Shown: piece after piece, positions 12,847-22,390 of the stretch
How the letters are laid out: each line of letters starts with the position of its first letter
How positions within the stretch are numbered: position 1 is the stretch's first letter
NCBI GenBank assembly: GCA_036172245.1
Contig: JAYWIR010000005.1
Coordinates: 310,001-374,000, forward strand
DNA: 64,000 nt
Direction: 5' to 3'
Origin: Raillietiella orientalis
Lineage: Eukaryota
Position numbers and translations under genes: made by a program
Notes under the pieces: generated by a model
The model's database searches: none
Seen by the model: the letters and a program-made list of their open reading frames with translations, nothing else
Told to the model about the DNA's origin: nothing

Positions 12847-13332
12847 CAACCCTAATCTTACTTCCGATTTGGTGAGAATGATTAATGCACAGCTTGGTCA
12901 CCTTATTGATGAAACCAATGCTGAAATCATATTTACAACTTGGAGTACTGATACACGACCTAACTCATTACGCGCTAGCATTACGTTAGCACAAACTGTC
13001 GGATCAGGTTAAACAGCACTATTGTGTATTCGGAGAGCATTATTAGAGTTTCCAGATATTTCATGGGCGATTATCGGTAAACTACTCAAAACCGAAATAG
13101 ACTGTGTCACCCAAGCCTTAAGAACTGTTAATAACAACCCATATTATGGATTTGCAGCAGATTTAAGAGAAGTTAGATCTACACTATACAAAAATATAGC
13201 TACGTGGCCAAGGAGTTGTTGAGATTGTATGGAGACCCTACTTTTAGCAGCAGCATTAACGATTACAAAGGATGGACAAGCAATCCTAGACATGAGACCA
13301 AATTAAACTCACTTATCTCTCAATATCTTATG
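12847..13332 (+). pseudogene. Endogenous chuvirus-like nucleoprotein, 3' half
   Basis: ITLAQTVGSG, IRRALLEFPD, NNPYYGF..DL..VRSTLYKN, AKELL, YKGWTSNPRH match chuvirus N C-terminal motifs as I recall them. Confidence 0.78.
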
Positions 13333-13766
13333 CTACCAGCCGCAGCCTTGGCAGCACTTTGCTGCATGCGCGGGATTGTACCTGCCTGGAGCGGCGGCGA
13401 CACAGCAGAAAGCAACCAAAGGGACGTCGTCGAATACGCAGTTCGCTTCATGCGAATAGCCACCCGATTGCCTCACCTAAGGTTAGTCCGGAAGGACCTC
13501 TCCAGGATCCTGCGAAGGATAGACCCCGCCTCAAGCGGGCCTCGATTCCCTCGATTCCCTTCCCCTCTAGAGTGTTTTTTTCTATCCATTTTTATTTTAT
13601 TTTTGTTTTTTGTTCTCTTCCCATCCCCCTCCGCTGCCGAGGATAGTCTTGTCAGTCTGCGTACTGACGACCCGGCAGGTTCACTGACTTATTGGCCGTA
13701 CTGGGGCTTCGTACCAGGTTGTACCAGCTAGAATTTTTAAATAAATACCCCGGCTTGACCGGGTGT
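13333..13766 (+). mobile_element. 5'-truncated LINE 3' end fused directly to the viral N fragment
   Basis: PAAALAALCCMRGIV is near-identical to 5211-5255; CTGCGT hairpin 13651-13668; terminal hairpin 13740-13763; no local TSD. Confidence 0.88.
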
Positions 13767-14560
13767 CAACACCGAGGAGGTCGTGTGTGATTTCCTGTCT
13801 CAATACGGCGAAGTTCAGAAAGTGGCGTTCCGCCACATTATGGCGGACGTATTTGTGGGAGAGGCAATGGCCAAAATCAAATTGTTTAAAGACGCCAAGA
13901 TCACAGGAGAAGTGTCCACCGAGGTGCACTCTCAAAACGTTCAGCTCCATTACCGCCTCCAAGGCTGCAAGCAGTTCGGGCATCGGCTCGGCGCATCTCC
14001 GAAAGCTCTCTGCTTTAAATGTGGCCAGCAGGGTCACTTTATAAAAGCCTGCACCAGGCCCTTGCAGTTCCATCAGTCCGAGGTTCTCGAAATGGTTCGA
14101 GGCGCAGGGATTGTCCCCGCTCCCTGCAGTGCAAAGCAAGGAGCACGAAGGAAAAGTGGAGCTTCCCAGAGCTAGCGTGGGTTTCACGGAAGTCAAAAAG
14201 AAGAAGAGGAAGGCCGTGGGCGAAAGCTTCCTCCCTCCTCAGTAGCGCCGAAGGAATTGGGCGTAACGGAAGAGAAGCAACAGGAGCTGGGGTTGGCAGA
14301 GGAGGCAGTCACACTGGTTGAAACCATCCGCCCAGAGAACACGGAGGAGGAACAGAAGGAAGAGATGCGCCGCATCTTCTCCCTCCAATAAGAAATCCTC
14401 GCCACGGTTGTGAATGACCGCATGAGTCCAAATGGAAATCGCCCTCAACGTGGCGAAGGCCGAAATCGTGGCCTTGGAAAAAGAGGCGGAGCTCCCCACC
14501 AGGTCAACTAGGCGTGACGACCGAGGAGCACAGCTTTGCGCACGGACAATCTCATAACTG
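13767..14560 (+). pseudogene. LINE ORF1 fragment (knuckle region to C-terminus)
   Basis: FLSQYGEVQKV, CFKCGQQGHFIKAC, GFTEVKKK. Confidence 0.8.
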
Positions 14561-14579
14561 AAAACGGCAACGGAGGCGT

Positions 14580-15270
14580 GATTATTGCTTGATTTAGCTT
14601 TACCCAATACCCCGCATAGGCAGCGTCAAATACCGCTGGCGCGGTAATTTTTGTGTGCACTAATGGAGCAAGCGACCGTGAAAAGCGAGTGAGTGACCAG
14701 CGTGGTGCAAGATGGAGGCGCCGAAATCACCCGGATCGACATGCCACCGAGGTTCCAAGAGGGAGAAAGTACGACGGATGGAAGTGGAAGCAGGTCTATC
14801 GACAGAGCAAGCGACGACAACGGCTGCTGCAAAAGCAGGTCAGGCACCCGCAACGTCGTACGCGAGCGTGGCCGCATCCACCTCATCCTCAAAGCCCGTG
14901 TCTTTCACGGGAACAATGTTATCGTCAGAAGAGTAATCAAGGAAGAATTCAGGCCATTTCTGGAATTTTGGCTCCGAGATGACCGTAGTCACCTTTTCGA
15001 TGGGCCGATTAAAAAACAAAGCGGTGTGCGACATTTACCTCGCGATTCATCGCAATAGAATCGATTTCAAGTTCATCAAGGCAATCGTCCCATTAGTCGG
15101 AGGATTCTCCGTGTACATGGCCAACCAGGATGTTATCGACGATCTTGTTGAGAACGGGCCGTCCATCAGCGGGAGGACCCTCCAAGGAATTTAGGAGCAC
15201 ACGGCCACGATGGCCTACCTGTCAGGTCTGCATTCGATGACGGACGTGCAAGCCGTGTTCGCCCACTTCT
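14580..15270 (+). mobile_element. LINE 5'UTR and ORF1 N-terminal fragment
   Basis: 5'UTR similar to 331-395; ATSYASVAA and IDFKFIKAIVP segments. Confidence 0.72.
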
Positions 15271-15780
15271 GTCTCCGTGGACGCGCTCGTGGTCGGCTCC
15301 TGGGCGCCTAGTACCCGAATAACGATGTCGTACTCAACCATCTGGTACTTGGCAGACACACGATAAAGACAATTAAGCCCCGATTAGTCTGCTCGGCCAT
15401 CCAGGGCTCGAGGGACATCTACATTGACCATATCACTATGGAACCAGGCACCAGGGGGCACCACGAGCAACAAGTGTTGCCAGCCCCCCTCTCTCGTTGT
15501 ACTACAGGACGCCACATCGGGGCAGGATGTACTGATTGACTTCTGCTGACCACTCGGTCCCTTTACCACCACGTCGAACATCAGTGTGCCGCGCGGATTC
15601 TCGTTGTTGTTTGCAACCCTCTGAGAAGGACTCGTTTACAGCGTGGTCACAATAAAGTTATGACAATAAGTGAATTGGGTGATTAAGTGAAAAAAAAAAA
15701 AAATTGCCACTGATAGGTATATATTGTATGTGAATTGAATTAACATTTTATTTTCTATCTTTAATAGATAATAGTGCAAT

Positions 15781-15866
15781 ATGGCTGAAGAGAGACCAGA
15801 CCAATACATATACAACCTACCCACGCTTGATGGTGGTATAGAGATGGGCATAACAACGTGCAGCGA
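15781..15866 (+). pseudogene. Endogenous qinvirus-like nucleocapsid gene, N-terminus
   Basis: MAEERPDQYIYNLPTLDGGIEMGITTCSD continues in frame at 17994 (VALPESQRLPVL) after removal of the TSD-flanked insert. Confidence 0.6.
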
Positions 15867-17978
15867 CAACCGACCCCCTCCATTGTTCGGACGTGCATTC
15901 TTGCGCTCCGTCTTTGGAATTTTTTGCGGTTGTTCCTTTTGGGTGTGGTGTGTAATTTTCGTAAGAAGATGAAGCCAACACCTGCTTCCATGGAGGTGGA
16001 GGAATCCCCCTGCGTTGCAGGACCTTCTTCGGGAGGATTGGAAGCCTCCACCGATCGTCCCTCGCCTCCAGCGAGAAGTTTTGCCGCCGTTGCTAAGGCA
16101 GCGGCGGCTCACGGAGCCCCACTCGACGAGGCAGAGCTACGGGCGTACGCCGCAAACGGCTAAAATCCCCCTCTGGCCTACAAGTTCAGTGCCGCCTACC
16201 GGGATGGGACGGGAGACCAGCTCTGGAGCGAGCTGGAACGCGTCGGGGTCCGAGAGGACGATCTCCTGGCATTAATGCCGGTGAGCGCGGTAGGCTATTG
16301 GGAGGTGCACTGCAAGGATGCAGCCCTCGTCCAGCGCCTGCTGCGAACGCCCCTTAAAATCAGGGGTAAGGAGGTCGTCCCCTCGGCCCTGGACCATTCG
16401 TTCGTGGTCCAACTCTCGGGCATTCGCCCGAGAATCGCCGACAGCGACCTTATTGTTTCACTCGAGGCGTTCGCCACAGTGCACGCAATGTGGAGGCGCG
16501 CGAATCCGATCAATAAAGTCGCGCGCCTCTCTTGCGGACTCGCCACGGCGCGCGTCACCATGGACGACCGGAGGCTGATGCCTTCGCAGATCCTCCTCGG
16601 TGTATTTACCATCGTGTATTTACGGTTTGCCGGGCAAACCCCTGCATGCGGCAACTACGGTAAGGAGGGCCACCGTCCGCGGAAGTGCCCAACACGCAGT
16701 TGCCGATACTGCAAACTGCTCGGTCACTCGATTAACGAGTGCGCCGAGCTGAAACGCAAGAGGAGGGCGAGAAACCTACCCGCAACATCGCCGTCCGCTC
16801 CGATTCCTTCTGCCACATCGTCGGGCAAGAAATCCGGCGCGAACGAGGCTTCGCAGCGAAGCAGCCGAAAATCCCATTGCGCGGACGTGTCTGGGAGCAA
16901 AGCTCCACAAAAGTCCGCCAAAGAGGGTAAGACGCTGCTTCAAGCTGCCGAGAACAAGCCCCGAGCCACGCAGTCTACAAAAAACATCGGGCAGACTGCA
17001 AAACCGCCGCTTCCGTCCGCTCTCGCTCCGGAGCGAAATAGCGGTGGCACGCCCGGGAAGTCCACCGGAGCGTCCAAAAAAGGGGTCGCGCGCCCCTTTG
17101 CCCGTGAAAGGCAAGCCGGCGACGGCGAGCCCTCAGCGGCAAAGGCTGAAAAGCCTCGCGCGACCTCCAAGAATCCCGCCACTCTGCCCGCACCTTCCGA
17201 TAAGGAGGTGCAAAAGGCAGCAGTTGCGACGGACAAACTGGCCGCCATCGCCGCATCGGAGGCCTTGGAGAGGATGCGGAGGACCCTGGAAGCCCTCGCG
17301 CCGAACCGAGGCAAACCCGAGGGCGACGAGGTTGGCTGGACCTCCGTTGGGGGAAGGAAGAAGGAGCGCAAACCGCGCGATCCTTCCCACTTCCCCATTA
17401 TAAAGGTAGGGGGGGTCAAGAGGCAGCCCCGTGCGCCAAAGAAGGCGCAAGAAAAAGCCTCCGCTGCCGCCGCGCGCGCCGTCGCAAACATCCGCGGCGA
17501 GAGGGCAGCTGCCGACGCCGCGACTACGAAAGGGGGAACGGCGCCGAAGGCACCCTCCAAGAATGCTGGACCAGCTCCGAGCTGCCAGCAGAAGAAGAGG
17601 CAGGCGAAACGCCCGCCGCGCGCGCGGAATTCGGACTCCGAGGTGGAGTCCGAATGCAGCGCAAAGGCTCGCCAAGCCCCGGTCAAGGCCAGGGCTGCGC
17701 GCAAGCCAAAACTTGCCAGGAGAGAGATCGCCGGCATCCATCGCCGGTTCTGAAAGGAAGGAACGGCCGAACCAAAGACGCCTGTCCCCTGCCCTCCATA
17801 TTTTTATTTTTATTTTTTATAGTAGTGTATTTGTGGTCCCCTCCCTCCCGTTCCGGACTTTCGGCATACCGACCTGCGTGTCGGGGATCCCACCCCCTTC
17901 GTCTCTTGTTTTTCCCTTTGTCCAGGAACTCTGTTCCCGGATAGTTTTTAATAAACGCCTCGGCGCACCCGGGTGATA
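15867..17978 (+). mobile_element. Full-length ORF1-only non-autonomous LINE derivative (HAL1-like)
   Basis: 15-bp TSD AACAACG(T/G)GCAGCGA at 15852-15866 and 17979-17993; 5' CGGACGTG-N8-CGCTCCG; ORF1 only; 3'UTR CTGCGT hairpin and terminal AATAAA hairpin. Confidence 0.88.
15969..17753 (+). pseudogene. ORF1 of the ORF1-only element (two zinc knuckles, long K/A/R-rich tail)
   Basis: ATG 15969, SFAAVA, stop at 16161, frameshift before 16275; CGNYGKEGHRPRKC, CRYCKLLGHSINEC; GWTSVGGRKK. Confidence 0.85.
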
Positions 17979-18818
17979 AACAACGGGCAGCGATGTTGCC
18001 CTTCCAGAATCCCAGAGACTACCAGTGCTTATCACTCCCACTGCCATATACAACCAGTTCGTGCACGCATTGAACTGGTTTATAACCACACAGTCATACT
18101 CCAGTGATATCGAACCGGTGATCGTGAATGGCCTGTTTGCTGTTTGCATACGGGTCAGTGCATTTCCGTAATGTCAACGGCGTTAAAGTGCCTGATGGAG
18201 ACTATGTTGTGACTAGGATTATCGAGCCAGATAAAACCACTAAAGAGAGACTGCTCAAATTGCTCGATAAGACATTATGCCAACACATGTTAATACTGCT
18301 GCATTCAACTAAAGCCAGTTACTGTAGGTGTAACCACCAGGTTGGTACAGGAGAAAGAGGCAGTCGTGGTGCTGGTTACCCATTAAAAGTGGCAAACACG
18401 TACTTTTCCCGATATGACACAAGCAGGATTATAGGCTTGGCACATCAGTTGGGCCATTACATCTCCACTTACTATGTCCTGGGGGCAGCTGGCATAGAAG
18501 GGATAGGGCAAACACAGGTCGTTCCACCTAACGAAAAGGAACATACCAGCTGGACATTTGGACCTGATGCAAGACGCGAATTCAAGTCAGCCCCTGCAGG
18601 CACACACCGCATGCAGCAGGGCTTAAGGTATTCAAGAGGATGCAAGATATTGTCCTCGCATCACCGAAATGATGGCCCTCAAACCTGCATGTGACAATAA
18701 TGGATGACCCAGTCAGACATCATAAAAGCATTCGTTATTTGACTGGTTAACCTAGGGCTAACTTCCTAGATACTGATGCAGACCGATATATGGGACGACT
18801 CGGGTCATACGTTAGACA
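17979..18818 (+). pseudogene. Endogenous qinvirus-like nucleocapsid gene, main body
   Basis: STKASY..NHQVGTG, GYPLKV, HQLGHYIST..VL, D.R..KSAPAGT, DPVRHH..IRYLTG*PR..D.D...MGRLGSY resemble Qinviridae segment-2 protein motifs (from memory); frameshifts near 18140 and 18630-18700. Confidence 0.62.
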
Positions 18819-19165
18819 TTTATATCTTGCTGCTCGAGGGGAGTGTATCCTTACAAGACATCTATCTAGAGCTACTATGACAGATGTGGTAGCGATAGCT
18901 AACACCATAACCCCTAACGTTCGTGCATTAGGATTGTCAACCGAAGCCGCACAAGCTCGTTTTGATTGCAAGTTTTGCATTTACTCTGCCATGAGGGGTC
19001 CAATAATCCATGGTTCATGGTAACAGATGAAAGGTGGACCAATGCTCTAAGTCCGGGAGGACCCTTACACAACATTCTAGGACACGTGCCCGAAAGATGG
19101 GCAGGATGGAATATAAATGATCTTCCAACCCAAATAGCTAGAACTGATATTTGGGATGATGGAAA
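18819..19165 (+). pseudogene. Second, divergent chuvirus-like N fragment (N-terminal region)
   Basis: LYLAARGECILTRH..CHEGSNNPW..GPLH..GWN aligns with LFLASRGECILIRH..CNEGSNNPW..GPLH..GWN at 10440-10735. Confidence 0.75.
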
Positions 19166-19229
19166 TCCTTTTGGGTTCTCTTCTGTCTTCGCTATTTTTT
19201 CCCTTCCAGCATTTTTTTTCCAGGTTTTT

Positions 19230-19598
19230 GAGGTTTTCTTTTTTTTGGTACGCTAAGTACCTCAAGTGCCGGTCGCGTGCCTCGCGGCGCACGTGGCTCT
19301 TTAACACTGTTCCACTTCACCCGCGGAGGGTGAGTGTTATTCTTCAAGATAGGGGACACCCCGGAAGGGGGGTTCCGCCCTATGAATCCAGGAAGGCTTG
19401 GAGTCCGTTCCTCTCACGCATCCCCCACCCTGGTTGTCTCCGAAGGGATCTCCTTCCTCATTCTCTCCGGAGGGAGCACCCCGGAAGGGGGTGGTCCTCT
19501 CCATTTCATCTTCTCCGAAGGGAACCCGCAAGGGAACCGCTCCTGTTCACTCTGAAGAGAACTCCGAAGGGACGCTTTCGAAATTCAGAAGGGCGCTC
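19230..19598 (-). repeat. Unclassified dispersed repeat, probable retroelement 3' end
   Basis: Highly similar to 43081-43590; related to 30310-30600 and 55985-56135; A-rich end and CGTGC/GCACG hairpin. Confidence 0.75.
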
Positions 19599-21804
19599 AC
19601 CGACCATTTACAAATCTTCGGACCAAAACACCCAAATCCATTCCGCAACTTACAAAAACTGCACTAACCAGAGCATATCTCGAGCCAGCCCGAGGTATAG
19701 GAGCTCAAAACATCGCATGCAGCAGCAAGCAAGACAAAAATGGACCATAAACCCACGATGTCTCTGACTACTAAATAAAGGTAATCTTTTAAGACTGCCA
19801 TGCCTTCCGTGAGGGGAAGTGTCGGCAACAAGTGCTGCCATATCCAGACTCTCCTTTTCATAAAATTAACACACATTAATCACACATGTATTCGTATGAA
19901 TTACAGACCGATTCCAGAAAATCTAACACGAAGATAAAATTCACTAACCAAACCAAATAGACTTGACCAATTTTTCTCATTTCAGACGCTCAACCCCATC
20001 AAAGTCGGAACAGTAAATAATGGACAATCACACCAAATTTTACGCTAGGAACCTACTTTTCAAAGAAAAAAAAAAGAAAAATAAAATAAAAAAGCCATCA
20101 CACTCACAGAAAGACAATTGTTTGCCACCCATTAGTCAATTAGACTCGTAAGGTGGCTACCCCAAATAACAGAAGTACCCAACCAGAGACATATGGATCC
20201 ATGACGAAATCTGAAACACAGGAAAGAAAAACCCTCGCAAAATACCTCTACTACTGCAAAGAAGCAACATACCTAAAACTTGCAAGAAATCATACGTAGT
20301 CCACCTTTATAATGGATACAAAAATCGTCTGCGTAAACTGGGTGACACAATATGGCTTTACTCAAGCCATTAAAAATGGCATAATCTTCGACCCAAACTA
20401 GAACGGATGCATAAAGTTCTACGAAGTAACACACGTAGTATGCTTCGCCAACATTTTGAGAAGATACATCGCCAACAGTTCTCTGGCAAATCAAAACTTT
20501 CAACTGACAGATGGAAAATCGAGGCTATCACAGACGAGAGAGGAAAATCATCCCTCGTCATGAAGAAAAACGAACTCACCCTACGATGACCAAAACAACG
20601 CCTACTGATGTATCTTCCAAAACAAAATGAAAAAAATGACAAAACTACCATCCTTCGAATTTATTTTTAAAAGCTGAAACGTCATATAACAACGGATTGT
20701 CCTCCGGAAATATTTTTTTTCCAGAAAACCTTGAGACCCACAATGATTCTCACGGTCAACATATGCAATCAACTACACCCAAAAATTGGTCAGTTACTTG
20801 GAAACGATGTTGAATAGTACTAACAGCCCTGGACACCCTGGAAAACATTCATACGGGCTCACATCCAAGGCTCACATTAACAACGCACTGCCTTCGATTC
20901 TCAGGATCAAGGTTACGTTGTAATGTATAGCATAGTACATTTCTCGGTCTTCTCAAACTGCCATTGCAACTACTCGTGGGTCCAACGAACAGATTGAAAA
21001 AGCACACCTCAAGAGAAACGAACAAGCAACGTGGATCTTTAGTGACGGCAGCTTTCAACTCAAGTATCGGGGCTTACCCTAAGATCCCACATTCCCTGCA
21101 GAAAGATGCCTGATGCAGAACACAACCTATTATAACAATAACCTAGGATTATTAATCTTTTAAATTATGATTTTATTTCAGGATGAATCATATAGCTGCC
21201 CTCTCACATGAGACATATGATGATTGTTCTTCATACACCAAACTAAGCTCTGTAGCAGTGTTCGTCCAACTAGCATCCAATGAGTACCTATGCAAAGACC
21301 TCAAACAGCAACTGACCAGCTTGCAATACCTTTACCTCTTCACAATCACGTAGATACCTCAACTTCTCGAATCATGTGCTCACTCCTCCCGATATTATGG
21401 GACTGCTCAGGCAGAAAAAGTAACTAACAGGATAGAATAACCTACCACCAATTTCAAACGTCATTAATTATGAGTCTGGTAATTATCATCTCATACTATA
21501 TGGACTACACAAAATCTTGAGACTGAGTGAACCCCTGCAGTTCTGTTCCACAATTCTAAGCAATACATCTGAAAAATGGATTGCGGAAATTCATTTCTGA
21601 ACCTCAGAAAAGAAAGGCTAGCCCTAAATTAGCGGAGCAAATAGCAAACACTTCCATAGTGTCTTGAAACCTTGATTCTGTTCCTCACTTAACAATGCTT
21701 CAAAGTTTATAAGAACAGTTTAGGGTTGGGCTGGATATCATGATTCTAGAGATCATAGATAGAAACATACTGTTGTATGTTTCGCCCGGGTGCTCTTATA
21801 GTGT

Positions 21805-22390
21805 GTGCTCTCCCACATCACTATTGATACATCCGAACGTTTGGTTGTTACACAACGTAGCTCGGAACAACCGACTACAATAACGGTACGAAAGACTCCT
21901 TCTGGGTCTCATCGAAGGCGATCGAGAAGACTCAGAGATACAACCACACTTCGTACTCCTGTGACTAGGTCCAGGGCTGGTGCGGATACTATAAAAGAAG
22001 CTGAACAGATAGAGATGACTGACGAGGACTACACATCTGCCATTGATCAACAAACTTCCGATCGGGATACACGTCGACCTCCTACCATGAATCAGAAGCA
22101 GAGCCCTGGTCCTTCTGCCGCTCCTGATAATAGAGCTTATGACTGGCGTAATCCTAACGATAACTGCACTCAAATTCAACAGCTCTTCAGCTCCAATTCG
22201 CCTTTAACCAGAATTATAGGTATAAATTTGAACCTCGGACGAGTTAAAAATGATAGAAATGGAATCAATTTGTATCTTTTTCTATATCTGGCCACTCGAG
22301 GTGAGAGCATTCTGATCAAATATCAGAATAGGAACAATATGACCCAGGTGGTTGCAATACTTAATCTTATAGTCCCCTCTCATAAAAGTG
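21805..22390 (+). pseudogene. Third chuvirus-like N fragment with a long low-complexity in-frame N-terminal extension
   Basis: YDWRNPNDN..QIQ..IGINLNLG..LYLATRGESIL matches FEWRNPNDT..QIQ..IGIHLNLG..LFLASRGECIL at 10287. Confidence 0.75.

Noticed and set aside
2642..17975. CRISPR-like repeat-spacer reading of recurring CCCGG..CCGGG hairpins followed by viral sequence
   Set aside because: Spacing is kilobases and irregular; TSDs show the hairpins are retroelement 3' ends inserted into pre-existing sequence; no cas genes; eukaryotic context.
19262..19300. HDV-like ribozyme candidate (GCCTCGCGGC)
   Set aside because: A simple hairpin; P1/P2/P1.1 pseudoknot pairings and the catalytic J4/2 could not be built.
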